Translations under genes and position numbers: made by a program | Shown here: in pieces, positions 12,875 through 22,496 of the stretch | How positions within the stretch are numbered: position 1 is the first letter of the stretch | Layout of the letters: every line of letters begins with the position of its first letter | From: an uncultured bacterium | GTDB taxonomy: Bacteria; Fidelibacterota; Marinisomatia; Marinisomatales; JABMOV01 | DNA: 64,000 nt | NCBI GenBank assembly: GCA_964654545.1 | Contig: CAZZIU010000003.1 | Coordinates: 73,201 to 137,200, forward strand | Direction of reading: 5' to 3' | The notes under the pieces: generated by a model | What the model was told of the DNA's origin: nothing | The model's input: only the letters and a program-made list of their open reading frames with translations | Databases searched by the model: none

Positions 12875-12981
12875 GGAACTCTGTGAAACATTGCGTGTAT
12901 GAGAGGGCAAAACCATTGCGATTGGGGATATCCATCGTCTAAATTCCGCCACTTTTTTAACAATATCTATGGATAGGAAAA

Positions 12982-13737
12982 ATGCGGTCCAAAATTGTAG
13001 TAACAGGAATAGTACTAGCGCTCATTACCAGTTGTGGAAAATCACCGGAAAAATTATTAGAAATTGCGGATCAGCAAACCCAGGCCGGTGAATTTGACCT
13101 GGCAATTGAGACGTACAATAACATAATCAATAATAACGGTGATGACACCTTGACCCCGGTAGCCTATTATCAATTGGCCCGTCTGTATTTAGACAGGTTG
13201 AATGATTACGACCAAGGGCGTCATTTATTGAAGGACATTGCATCCAAATTTGAAGGAACTGGAGTTAGTAAAAGTGCTACAGCAGATCTGGAATATTTTG
13301 TGGAGTGGTTGAAAAACACCGCAGAAAATCAGCGCAATAAAAAAGAAATTCAGAAATCCATTACCACACTCAATTACTTGATAACAAATTATCATGATGA
13401 TAAACTGGCTCCCAAGGCCCAATATTTGATTGGTGATATATACATGAATGATTTACGAGATTTTCAAAATGCAATCGATAGCTATATGAAAGTTGTATAT
13501 GATTTCGCTGGAACCGGCCAGGATGCCCATGCGCAATTCATGGTTGGCTACATATATGCCAATGTTTTAAATGATAATGAAAAAGCAAAAGAAGCCTATT
13601 CTACTTTTTTAAAGAACTATCCCAGACATGAACTGGTACCATCCGTTAGATTTGAACTGGAATACCTAGGTATGGATATAAACGAAATTCCCGTTCTTAA
13701 ACACATTGCCGGGGACCAACCGGCTTTACCCCAGTAA
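12982..13737 (+). CDS. TPR-repeat lipoprotein (BamD/YbgF-like)
   Basis: 251 aa. Signal peptide with lipobox ...LITSC (Cys18). Repeated TPR-like helices (AYYQLARLYL, AQYLIGDIYM, AQFMVGYIYA). Lies directly after the TamB-Omp85 pair. Confidence 0.7.
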   Translation: MRSKIVVTGIVLALITSCGKSPEKLLEIADQQTQAGEFDLAIETYNNIINNNGDDTLTPVAYYQLARLYLDRLNDYDQGRHLLKDIASKFEGTGVSKSATADLEYFVEWLKNTAENQRNKKEIQKSITTLNYLITNYHDDKLAPKAQYLIGDIYMNDLRDFQNAIDSYMKVVYDFAGTGQDAHAQFMVGYIYANVLNDNEKAKEAYSTFLKNYPRHELVPSVRFELEYLGMDINEIPVLKHIAGDQPALPQ

Positions 13738-13749
13738 GGAATAATTGCC

Positions 13750-14748
13750 ATGAGTGACTTTAGTTTATCCGAAATAAATGAACGGATAGCCAAAGAGTCC
13801 GTCTTCGTAGATGACCTAAGAAGGGCGCTCAGTACAGTAATTGTAGGTCAGCAAGAACTTATCAATAAACTATTAATATGTATCCTTGCTGATGGACATA
13901 TTTTGCTGGAAGGTGTTCCAGGATTGGCAAAGACATTGACGGTTAAATCTTTGGCACATTTGATTGATACAAAATTCCAGCGCATTCAGTTTACGCCTGA
14001 TATGCTTCCTGCAGATTTACTAGGTACACTTATCTATAATCAAAAAGCCGGTACATTTGAAACCAGGAAGGGCCCCATATTTTCAAATATCATTCTGGCT
14101 GATGAAATAAACCGCGCTCCATCAAAGGTCCAAAGTGCTCTACTGGAATCCATGCAAGAAAAACAGGTGACCATCGGAGACGATACTTTTGTTTTGGATA
14201 AACCGTTTTTGGTCATGGCCACACAAAATCCCATAGAACAAGAAGGAACCTACCCGCTCCCGGAGGCTCAGGTTGATAGATTTATGTTCAAATTAAAAGT
14301 GGGTTACCCCAGTAAAGACGAAGAGCGCACTATCATGCAGCGTGCCGCAAAAACTGGTGATGTATTTGGGAAATTGTCAGCGGTGGTGCATCCTAATTCG
14401 ATAATTAAAGCGCAAAACACCATTAATGATATTTACGTGGACGAAAAGGTGGAGGATTACGTTTTAAATCTGGTTTTCGCCACCCGCGAACCTGAATCCT
14501 ATGGATTGGGCGATTTGAAAGATCTATTGGAGTTTGGTGCGTCTCCAAGAGCAACCATAAATCTCATATTGGCTTCAAAAGCACGTGCCTTTTTGGAGCA
14601 TCGTGGGTACATCACACCGGAAGATATACGCTATATTGGTGCAGATGTGTTACGCCATCGAATTATATTAACCTATGAAGCAGAAGCGGAAGAAATATCC
14701 TCTGAAGATATAATAAAGCGCTTATTCGATTCTATCGAAGTTCCTTAA
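13750..14748 (+). CDS. MoxR-family AAA+ ATPase
   Basis: 332 aa. Walker A GVPGLAKT, Walker B ILADEINRA, and ATQNPIEQEGTYPLPEAQVDRF, typical of the MoxR/AAA_3 family. Confidence 0.94.
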   Translation: MSDFSLSEINERIAKESVFVDDLRRALSTVIVGQQELINKLLICILADGHILLEGVPGLAKTLTVKSLAHLIDTKFQRIQFTPDMLPADLLGTLIYNQKAGTFETRKGPIFSNIILADEINRAPSKVQSALLESMQEKQVTIGDDTFVLDKPFLVMATQNPIEQEGTYPLPEAQVDRFMFKLKVGYPSKDEERTIMQRAAKTGDVFGKLSAVVHPNSIIKAQNTINDIYVDEKVEDYVLNLVFATREPESYGLGDLKDLLEFGASPRATINLILASKARAFLEHRGYITPEDIRYIGADVLRHRIILTYEAEAEEISSEDIIKRLFDSIEVP

Positions 14749-14766
14749 ATCGGTTCTTGTCATACG

Positions 14767-15642
14767 ATGATACCAAAAGAAATACTCAAAAAAGTTCGTC
14801 GTATTGAAATTCGCACCAATGGTTTGGTCAATGAATTATTTGGTGGTGAATATCATTCTGTATTCAAAGGAAGAGGAATGACATTTTCCGAAGTCAGAGA
14901 GTATGAACCTGGTGATGATATTCGATTAATCGATTGGAATGTAACTGCCAGATACGGTTCGCCATACATTAAAATTTTCGAAGAAGAACGTGAGCTGACA
15001 GTCTATCTGGTTGTGGATGTATCGAGTTCAGGTAATTTTGGATCCAGCAATCAATTCAAATTAGAATTAGGTACAGAAATTGCTGCAGTACTTGGATTTT
15101 CGGCAATCAAGAATAATGATAAAGTTGGTGCAATTTTATTCAGCGATGAGGTGGAGAAATACATTGCACCACAAAAGGGTCGGAGCCATGTTTTGCGGTT
15201 GGTACGCGAGTTACTTTATTATAAACCACAAGGGAAAGGCACTTCCCTTTCCAAGGCATTTGATTTTATTTTAAAAGTTGCCAAGCGGCGCAGCGTCATT
15301 TTTGTTGTATCGGATTATATGGATGAGGAGTACTGGCAATCGTTAAAAGTGGTAAATCGAAAACATGATTTAATTGGAATTCAAATATTTGATCCGGCAG
15401 AGAAAACATTACCGGAATTGGGATTGATAAAAGTACATGATCCTGAAACCAATGAGTCATTTTGGATGGATACGGCGATGAGGAAAGATCGCGAACTGTT
15501 TGAATTCCTGCAAGAAAGTCACCAGTCTGAATTTGAAAAAAGATGTAAAAAACATCGGTTTGACCTAATACCAATTTCGACCAATGATGATTATATCGAA
15601 CCTATTATGGCCTATTTTCGAAGCAGAGAGAAGCGTCGTTGA
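14767..15642 (+). CDS. DUF58 family protein (vWA-like partner of MoxR)
   Basis: 291 aa. Hallmark GDDIRLIDWNVTAR motif. Canonical position after MoxR. Confidence 0.9.
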   Translation: MIPKEILKKVRRIEIRTNGLVNELFGGEYHSVFKGRGMTFSEVREYEPGDDIRLIDWNVTARYGSPYIKIFEEERELTVYLVVDVSSSGNFGSSNQFKLELGTEIAAVLGFSAIKNNDKVGAILFSDEVEKYIAPQKGRSHVLRLVRELLYYKPQGKGTSLSKAFDFILKVAKRRSVIFVVSDYMDEEYWQSLKVVNRKHDLIGIQIFDPAEKTLPELGLIKVHDPETNESFWMDTAMRKDRELFEFLQESHQSEFEKRCKKHRFDLIPISTNDDYIEPIMAYFRSREKRR

Positions 15643-16592
15643 TTATACGATTTTCGGTTACCCTGTTTTTGATATTTATGATTTCATGTTCAGATGAAAA
15701 AGTTGAATCAAGCAGCGTGACATTTGATGCACATCTGGATACGACGGTTGGTTATATTGGAGATGTTTTTCATTACAATATTGCTATACGCGGTCTGGAT
15801 GATCAAACAGTATCATTACCAGTTTTGGTTATCCCGGAGGGAGAAGTCAAGTCAGTTAATGTTGTGGAAGAAAATGAACATATAATTGGAGCTGATTTCG
15901 AAATTGTATATTGGGATACTGGTCAACAAATCATACCTTCATTTACCCTTGATGTCATGAATCCTGACAGCAGTATCGTCATGTCATTTAAATCGGACCC
16001 AATGTTTATTTCTATTTTATCAATGGTAAATGATCCCACAGGTCAGGGAGGTTTGAAACCGGTAAAACCACCCGTTCCTGTTCAAAAACCAATTCCCTGG
16101 AAAACAATTGTTCCAATTTCTGGAATGCTGTTATCGTTGCTCTTGCTGATACTATTGTGGCAGAAACGATCAGTGAACCATATTGAGAAATTTGAAAAAA
16201 TTGACTACATCGAACCTGATCAACTTGCTCTATCAAAAATTGCACAACTTAAAAAATCCGAATTATCTGATATTAAGCAGACCTACACGGAATTATCTTA
16301 CATTCTACGAGAATATGTTGAAAAGAGTCTATATATACGAACATTGGAAATGACGACGGAAGAAATACGATCGCAGAAAAATATTTTCCCGATTCCAGAC
16401 TCCCTATATTCACAGTGGATTGAAGTATTGTTGCGGTCTGATATGACAAAATATGCCAAACATATCCCCGATTTGGTAACAATGCAAAATGATATAGATT
16501 GGGCACCAGAATTTGTTGAAGCACTCCTACCATTTTGGAAAAGAAATTCAGTGGACAATCAATCATCAGATCATTCCATTACAAATAGATAA
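15639..16592 (+). CDS. Lipoprotein with a BatD-like N-terminal beta domain, one TM and a DUF4381-like C-terminal region
   Basis: 317 aa. The TTG start overlaps the DUF58 stop (TTGA). Lipobox FMISC. N-terminal ~150 aa are beta-rich. TM (IVPISGMLLSLLLLILLW) followed by a helical tail, as in the DUF4381 genes that follow DUF58 in Bat operons. Assignment is from pattern memory, not a search. Confidence 0.55.
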   Translation: MIIRFSVTLFLIFMISCSDEKVESSSVTFDAHLDTTVGYIGDVFHYNIAIRGLDDQTVSLPVLVIPEGEVKSVNVVEENEHIIGADFEIVYWDTGQQIIPSFTLDVMNPDSSIVMSFKSDPMFISILSMVNDPTGQGGLKPVKPPVPVQKPIPWKTIVPISGMLLSLLLLILLWQKRSVNHIEKFEKIDYIEPDQLALSKIAQLKKSELSDIKQTYTELSYILREYVEKSLYIRTLEMTTEEIRSQKNIFPIPDSLYSQWIEVLLRSDMTKYAKHIPDLVTMQNDIDWAPEFVEALLPFWKRNSVDNQSSDHSITNR

Positions 16593-16657
16593 ATCAAAAA
16601 ATTTGAACTCCCAGATTGCATAAGTAAATTACCTGGCTTTTATCAGAAGGAGATTTT

Positions 16658-17221
16658 ATGGCAACGACAGCTGATATCCGCAACGGCGCCGTTATGCTTT
16701 TTAAAGGTAAGCGAATGAAAGTTGTGGAATTTCAACATGTAAAACCCGGAAAAGGTGGGGCGTTTGTACGTACTAAGCTTAAAGATATTCAATCTGGGAA
16801 AATAATTGATCATACCTTTAATTCCGGGGCTAAAGTTGAATATATACGAGTTGAGGCTAAAACCATGCAATATTTATATGAGGATGGTGAGCAAGGTGTT
16901 TTCATGGATAATGATACCTTCGAACAACTCAATATCCCCTTGCATGAAGAAAAACAATTTTTAAAGGGTGGTATGAATGTAGATTTACTCTTCGATGGCA
17001 AAGAAGTGATTGATTTGCGATTGCCGGCTCATGTTGAAATGGAAGTTACCGAGACTGAGCCGGGAATGAAGGGGAATACGGCAACCGGTGCAACCAAACC
17101 AGCAACATTGGAAACTGGTTATTCAGTTAATGTTCCTCTCTTTATTGACCAGGGAGATATTCTAAAAATTGATACTCGAACAGGTGAATACCTGGAACGA
17201 GTTTCGAAAGCAACGGGGTAG
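16658..17221 (+). CDS. efp: Elongation factor P
   Basis: 187 aa. Conserved loop [15 protein letters not shown]. Strong SD AAGGAG. Confidence 0.97.
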   Translation: MATTADIRNGAVMLFKGKRMKVVEFQHVKPGKGGAFVRTKLKDIQSGKIIDHTFNSGAKVEYIRVEAKTMQYLYEDGEQGVFMDNDTFEQLNIPLHEEKQFLKGGMNVDLLFDGKEVIDLRLPAHVEMEVTETEPGMKGNTATGATKPATLETGYSVNVPLFIDQGDILKIDTRTGEYLERVSKATG

Positions 17222-17225
17222 CTCT

Positions 17226-17684
17226 ATGAGCAAATGGCAGGACAAAGTAAAAGAAATCATTTATTTGCTTGAAAACAGCGATGTAAATGAGATTGATGTA
17301 ACATTTTGGGGCCGGCGCTTTCGCGTGGTGAAATCCCCAGGCATTGTCAGTGGTACATCCGGTATGGCACCGAGCGCGCCTATTTCCCCATCAGCTGTTT
17401 CCAGTGAACCTATAACAAATGATGGTCAGGAAATGGTAAGCGGTGATAGTATTGTATCCCCTATGCCAGGTACATTTTACCGTGCCGCATCACCTGATTC
17501 AGATCCATTTGTGCAAGAAGGAGACCAGGTGGTCAAGGGTGATACATTGTGTATAATTGAAGCCATGAAAATTATGAATGAAATCGAATCTGAGACCAAT
17601 GGAGTGATTCGAAAAATATTGATCGAGAATGGTAACCCGGTTGAATATGATCAACCGTTATTTATTATTGATCCAAACGGTTAA
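17226..17684 (+). CDS. accB: Acetyl-CoA carboxylase biotin carboxyl carrier protein
   Basis: Biotinylation motif EAMKIMNEI in a C-terminal lipoyl-like domain, with a Pro/Ser/Ala linker. Start moved from the track M at 17169 (inside efp) to ATG 17226 (MSKWQDK...). Confidence 0.93.
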   Translation: MSKWQDKVKEIIYLLENSDVNEIDVTFWGRRFRVVKSPGIVSGTSGMAPSAPISPSAVSSEPITNDGQEMVSGDSIVSPMPGTFYRAASPDSDPFVQEGDQVVKGDTLCIIEAMKIMNEIESETNGVIRKILIENGNPVEYDQPLFIIDPNG

Positions 17685-17687
17685 TTG

Positions 17688-19043
17688 ATGTTTAAAAAAA
17701 TCCTCATAGCAAACCGTGGGGAAATTGCACTCCGGATCATACGGGCGTGTCATGAACTTGGAATTAAGACCGTCGCCGTTTATTCTACTGCAGATAATTT
17801 ATCCTTACATGTCAAATTTGCCGATGAAGCAGTTTGTATCGGACCAGGCCCAAGCAGTGAAAGTTATCTGAATATTCCACGGATCATTGCAGCCGGTGAA
17901 ATAACAAATGCCGATGCAATACATCCCGGTTATGGATTCTTGGCAGAGGATGCAAATTTTTCACGTATTTGTGCAGAAAACGATTTCACCTTTTTAGGTC
18001 CCACAGCAGATATAATCGATGCCATGGGGAATAAAGCACAGGCAAAAATGACCATGAAAAAGGCTGGTGTACCCGTAATTCCTGGTTCAGACGGTGTAGT
18101 AAAAGACCCTGAAGAAGCACTAAAACTGGCACAGAAAATGGGATATCCCGTAATGCTCAAGGCATCCGCTGGCGGCGGAGGTCGCGGAATGCGGCTTGTG
18201 AAAAAACCGGATGAAATGCAGTTGGCGTATCGAACTGCACATTCTGAAGCCATTACTGCCTTCAGCAATGGTGATTTATACATGGAAAAATTTGTGGAAA
18301 ATCCACGACATATCGAAGTGCAGGTATTTGGCGATAGTTTTGGCAATGCTGTCGCACTGGGGGAACGGGAGTGTTCTATTCAACGTCGTCATCAAAAACT
18401 AGTGGAAGAATCCCCCTCAGCAGCAGTTGATGATCCGTTACGCAAGAAGATGTGTGCCATGGCAGTGAAAGCGGCAAAAGCAGTTAATTATTGCGGTGCC
18501 GGTACAATCGAATTTTTACTGGATAAACACAAACAATTTTATTTTATGGAAATGAATACCAGAATTCAGGTTGAGCACCCCATAACGGAAATGGTTACGG
18601 GGGTGGATCTGATTAAGCAGCAGATCAAAATGCATGCCAGGGAAAAATATCCCAAATTCTTGGAGAAAATTAAGTTGCGTGGGCATTCCATTGAGTGCAG
18701 GATTAATGCTGAAGATCCGTCCAAGAATTTTGCGCCGTCACCAGTTGAAATTACCAGTTACCATATGCCAGGTGGCAAAGGTGTGCGGGTTGATTCTCAT
18801 GTCTACGCCGGGTATAAAATCCCAACCTATTACGATTCAATGATTGGTAAACTTATCGTGTACGCCAGTGATCGGCAACGTGCCATCATTCGGATGCAGA
18901 GGGCATTGGAAGAGACTATCATTGAAGGACCGAAAACAACGATACCTTTCCATCTTGCCATCATGAAAGATAAACGATTCCAGGACGGTGAATTTGATAC
19001 CAGTTTCCTGGAAAATTTCACATTCAATCCAAATGAAAATTAA
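17688..19043 (+). CDS. accC: Acetyl-CoA carboxylase biotin carboxylase subunit
   Basis: About 451 aa. Motifs [33 protein letters not shown] 17688 is used (TTG 17685 also possible). Confidence 0.97.
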   Translation: MFKKILIANRGEIALRIIRACHELGIKTVAVYSTADNLSLHVKFADEAVCIGPGPSSESYLNIPRIIAAGEITNADAIHPGYGFLAEDANFSRICAENDFTFLGPTADIIDAMGNKAQAKMTMKKAGVPVIPGSDGVVKDPEEALKLAQKMGYPVMLKASAGGGGRGMRLVKKPDEMQLAYRTAHSEAITAFSNGDLYMEKFVENPRHIEVQVFGDSFGNAVALGERECSIQRRHQKLVEESPSAAVDDPLRKKMCAMAVKAAKAVNYCGAGTIEFLLDKHKQFYFMEMNTRIQVEHPITEMVTGVDLIKQQIKMHAREKYPKFLEKIKLRGHSIECRINAEDPSKNFAPSPVEITSYHMPGGKGVRVDSHVYAGYKIPTYYDSMIGKLIVYASDRQRAIIRMQRALEETIIEGPKTTIPFHLAIMKDKRFQDGEFDTSFLENFTFNPNEN

Positions 19044-19055
19044 TCTGAGGTAAAC

Positions 19056-19430
19056 GTGAATATTCCCGAAAATTTAAAATACACCAAAGATCATGAATGG
19101 GCAAAAATTGAAGGCGATTTCATAATAGTTGGAATTACTGATTTTGCTCAAAGTGAATTAGGGGACATTATTTTTGTTGAATATCCAGAAATCGGTCAAG
19201 AGGTATCAGCTGGTGATCCATTCGGCACTATTGAAGCCGTAAAAACAGTAGCTGATTTGTTCTCACCGGTGGATGGAACCATCCTTGCAGTAAACGACGA
19301 AATCGAAGATGCTCCGGACGCGGTGAATACAGATCCCTATGGACGTGGTTGGCTGGTTAAAATATCTGTTGATTCTATGGGCGATGAATTGATGACGGCT
19401 GATCATTACAAGGAATTCGTATCTCAGTAA
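19056..19430 (+). CDS. gcvH: Glycine cleavage system H protein
   Basis: 124 aa, GTG start with GAGG SD. Lipoyl-lysine motif IEAVKTVADL. Confidence 0.95.
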   Translation: MNIPENLKYTKDHEWAKIEGDFIIVGITDFAQSELGDIIFVEYPEIGQEVSAGDPFGTIEAVKTVADLFSPVDGTILAVNDEIEDAPDAVNTDPYGRGWLVKISVDSMGDELMTADHYKEFVSQ

Positions 19431-20185
19431 TGTGGGATCATACACAATCGGTATTTACCTATCTGAATGAGGTAAAAAATAAACGGCGGGCCGGGTATTT
19501 TGTATTGATTGATCCGGACCGAAAAAATTCTGATTCAATTGAGGCACGAGTGGAAGCTGCGAATAACCAGGATGTAGACGCAATTCTGGTTGGTGGTAGT
19601 CTTATGATGGATGGAAAATACCATCAGCGCGTTCAGAAAATTAAAAATCTCTCAGACATCCCTGTCATTTTTTTCCCAGGAGGTGTAAATCAACTCAATG
19701 AGTATTACGATGCGATGTTTTTTATGTCCATATTATCCGGACGAAATCCGCATTATCTTATTGGCGAACAGGTTATTGCTGCCCCGCTGGTGAAAGATTG
19801 TGGAATAGAGACCATTCCCACAGCCTATTTACTGATACATGGTGGATCAACGACCACGGTTGAGTTTATGTCTGGTACGATGCCGATCCCAAACGATCGA
19901 TCCGATATTGCAGTCGCTCATAGCCTGGCTGCACAATATTTAGGAATGAAAATGGTTTATTTGGAAGCGGGTAGTGGAGCCAAATATCCAGTGGGAAATG
20001 AGTTGATCAAATCCGTCAAAGACAATACGGATGTTTTATTAACTGTGGGCGGTGGAATCAAAACACCAGATCAGGCTCGTGAACGTGTAAAGGCTGGAGC
20101 AGATTTTATTGTTACTGGTACTGTATTGGAATCAGATTCAGAAAATAATATTATGCAATCTTTTGCAGATGTAATTCATTCCTAA
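19430..20185 (+). CDS. Geranylgeranylglyceryl/heptaprenylglyceryl phosphate synthase family protein (GGGPS/PcrB, TIM barrel)
   Basis: 251 aa. LIDPD..., ILVGGS, FFPGG, YLEAGSGA and TVGGGIKTPDQA phosphate-binding motifs, as in the GGGPS/PcrB family. The start overlaps the gcvH stop (TAATG). Confidence 0.85.
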   Translation: MWDHTQSVFTYLNEVKNKRRAGYFVLIDPDRKNSDSIEARVEAANNQDVDAILVGGSLMMDGKYHQRVQKIKNLSDIPVIFFPGGVNQLNEYYDAMFFMSILSGRNPHYLIGEQVIAAPLVKDCGIETIPTAYLLIHGGSTTTVEFMSGTMPIPNDRSDIAVAHSLAAQYLGMKMVYLEAGSGAKYPVGNELIKSVKDNTDVLLTVGGGIKTPDQARERVKAGADFIVTGTVLESDSENNIMQSFADVIHS

Positions 20186-20205
20186 GGGATGGCGAATAAA
20201 AACAT

Positions 20206-20775
20206 ATGAATTTAATTATCCGTAAGTCCATTGAAAACAATAGAATGATGGCAAATGCACTGTTGCATCAAAATTTAGATATTATTGAAACAATAGCACA
20301 GATCATGTTGGAATGTTTAAAAAATGAGAATACCATTTTTTGGTGCGGGAATGGTGGTAGTGCGGGACAAGCGCAGCATTTGTCTGCAGAATTGGTTGGT
20401 GGTCTTACTAGTCATGATAGAAAACCGTTTAGATCCATTTCTTTAACAACGGACACTTCTTTTATAACCGCCTGGAGTAATGACACGTCTTATGATTCAA
20501 TTTTTTCTCGTCAGGTTGAAGGTTTGGGAAAAGCAGGAGATGTATTAATCGGGATAACTACCAGTGGGAATTCAGCAAATGTGATTCAGGCTTTTCAAAA
20601 AGCGAAAGAAATCGGTGTGGTAACAATAGCACTCACGGGCAAAACAGGTGGAAAAATCAAGGATACAGCTGATTATACCCTTGCCGTCCCTGATACGGAT
20701 ACACAACGCATACAGGAAGGGCATATTCTGGTAGGTCACATTCTCTGTGAAATTGTAGAGAAAGAATTGTCCTGA
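20206..20775 (+). CDS. gmhA: D-sedoheptulose-7-phosphate isomerase (SIS domain)
   Basis: 189 aa. Motifs CGNGGSAGQAQH, ITTSGNSANV, QEGHILVGHILCE. Confidence 0.9.
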   Translation: MNLIIRKSIENNRMMANALLHQNLDIIETIAQIMLECLKNENTIFWCGNGGSAGQAQHLSAELVGGLTSHDRKPFRSISLTTDTSFITAWSNDTSYDSIFSRQVEGLGKAGDVLIGITTSGNSANVIQAFQKAKEIGVVTIALTGKTGGKIKDTADYTLAVPDTDTQRIQEGHILVGHILCEIVEKELS

Positions 20776-20791
20776 TTCGCTACCTTCAAGC

Positions 20792-21685
20792 GTGGAAAAT
20801 CATTTAAAAGACTACCTAATACAGTTACGAGTCGAAAAAAATCTCTCACCCAATTCAATCGCAGCTTATCAGCGCGATCTCAATAGGTACCTTGGTTACA
20901 TCGAAAATGAATTATATCTATCTTCTGTTGACAAAATACAACACAGTCATATTCGTCAATATATTCGTGCGCTTCACAAAACCGGACTTGCTCCTGCTTC
21001 AGTAACTCGCTCATTTTCGTCTATTAAATCCTATCACCGGTTTTTGGTGGAAGAAAAAATCGCGGATAAGAATCCCATGGATGTAATGAATGCCCCAAAA
21101 ATTCCTAAGAAACTCCCCAAAGTACTTACTATTGTAGAGGTCGAAAAAATTTTGAATGCAGTAGAGACTGAAAGCAAATTAGGTTTGCGTGATATGGCGG
21201 TACTTGAGATATTGTATTCCTGTGGATTACGCGTAAGTGAATGTTGCGAACTGAAACAGTCTGATTTTCTTGAGGAATTGGAATTGTTGCGGATCCTGGG
21301 AAAAGGTAACAAGGAACGATTTGTACCTATTGGACCTCGTGGAATTGATCGTTTAATTCAGTATCTTTTACATGCCCGACCGCATTTTGTAAAAATTAAC
21401 TCCGCACAGCCATGTATTTTTTTAAGTCGCAACGGGAAACCGTTAACCAGGATGATGGTTTGGAATATCATACAGAAATGGGCAGGTGAAGCAGGGATTG
21501 ATAGATCAATTAGCCCCCATACTTTTCGTCATTCATTTGCCACCCATCTTTTAGAGGGAGGTGCGGACCTGCGCGCCGTCCAGGAAATGTTAGGGCACAC
21601 GGATATAAGTACAACACAGATTTACACACATTTAGATAGGGCCTATTTAAAAGAAGTACATAAAACATTTCATCCCCGGTGGTAA
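20792..21685 (+). CDS. xerD: Tyrosine site-specific recombinase XerD/XerC family
   Basis: 297 aa, GTG start. N-terminal SAM-like domain (LSPNSIAAYQRDL). Catalytic region ...PHTFRHSFATHLLEGGADLRAVQEMLGHTDISTTQIYTH. No flanking repeats or cargo genes. Confidence 0.85.
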   Translation: MENHLKDYLIQLRVEKNLSPNSIAAYQRDLNRYLGYIENELYLSSVDKIQHSHIRQYIRALHKTGLAPASVTRSFSSIKSYHRFLVEEKIADKNPMDVMNAPKIPKKLPKVLTIVEVEKILNAVETESKLGLRDMAVLEILYSCGLRVSECCELKQSDFLEELELLRILGKGNKERFVPIGPRGIDRLIQYLLHARPHFVKINSAQPCIFLSRNGKPLTRMMVWNIIQKWAGEAGIDRSISPHTFRHSFATHLLEGGADLRAVQEMLGHTDISTTQIYTHLDRAYLKEVHKTFHPRW

Positions 21686-21718
21686 ATTTTACCCCCGCTA
21701 CACACGAAGAAAGATACA

Positions 21719-22348
21719 ATGTTATTCAGGTTACCAATTGAAGTTCTGGTTTTATTAATCCCGGTTTTAACGTTTGCGCTGGTGTTTCATGAGTTTGCCC
21801 ATGCATGGGTAGCCCACAAACTGGGTGATGAGACAGCAGCCTACCATGGCAGACTTACGCTCAACCCTTTAGCACATTTGGATCCCATGGGGTCAATCAT
21901 GATATTGTTTGTTGGGTTTGGTTGGGCAAAGCCGGTACCGGTCAATCCGGCCTTTTTTCAGAATCCAAGGCGGGATATGATGCTGGTAGCATCAGCCGGT
22001 CCGTTATCAAATCTGTTTCTGGCATTTGTGGGGGGCGTGATATTTCGAATTTCATTGTTAGGTGGAATGGAAAATGGGACATTTGGAACCATGTTATATA
22101 TTTTTATTCAAATCAATATCATGTTGGCAATGTTTAATCTTATCCCCCTTCCACCTTTGGATGGGTCACAGATTTTTAACGGGATGATGGTTCGAAGGAA
22201 CCCTGGTCTTGTTATGAAACTGCAGCAATATGGCCCACAAATATTATTCGGCTTGATTCTAATCGGTTATTTCACTCGTATATCTCCCATATGGATGATC
22301 ATGAGCCCCTTTGTTAATTTCTTTATGTTTCTGTTTGCTGGTGTGTAA
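21719..22348 (+). CDS. Site-2 protease family zinc metalloprotease (peptidase M50)
   Basis: 209 aa polytopic membrane protein with HEFAH and NLIPLPPLDG motifs. Confidence 0.88.
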   Translation: MLFRLPIEVLVLLIPVLTFALVFHEFAHAWVAHKLGDETAAYHGRLTLNPLAHLDPMGSIMILFVGFGWAKPVPVNPAFFQNPRRDMMLVASAGPLSNLFLAFVGGVIFRISLLGGMENGTFGTMLYIFIQINIMLAMFNLIPLPPLDGSQIFNGMMVRRNPGLVMKLQQYGPQILFGLILIGYFTRISPIWMIMSPFVNFFMFLFAGV

Positions 22349-22496
22349 AATTGCGAGAAATAAAGTTTCGGAAAATATTACCTGATCGCCGTAAAAAAGG
22401 ACGATCAACAGTGTGGATCGCCGGGATGACCGTCATTATCCTGTGGCTAATAATGTATTTGCAACGAATTGCATCCACCCAATAAATGAGGAAGAA

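Noticed and set aside
12875-12981. 7-bp inverted repeat TATCCAT...ATGGATA flanking a T-run upstream of the TPR lipoprotein gene, considered as a terminator or RBS-sequestering structure
   Set aside because: The stem is short with a ~30-nt loop. It is not convincing as an intrinsic terminator or a regulatory hairpin without conservation data.
17930-18346. 138-aa minus-strand ORF
   Set aside because: It is antisense to accC, which has canonical biotin carboxylase motifs.
20792-21685. Tyrosine recombinase as a possible integrase of a mobile element
   Set aside because: The size and motifs fit chromosomal XerD/XerC. The neighbours are housekeeping genes (gmhA, M50 protease). There are no flanking direct repeats, tRNA target or cargo genes.
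22413-22496. N-terminally extended starts given by the ORF track (also 1955, 7260, 17169, 48270, 54502, 61047)
   Set aside because: The extensions run into the preceding gene or lack an SD. Internal ATG codons give the family-typical N-termini (for example MALVECVPNFSEGRD, MPILTANK, MSKWQDK, MIDSIHGLL) and have better SD spacing.
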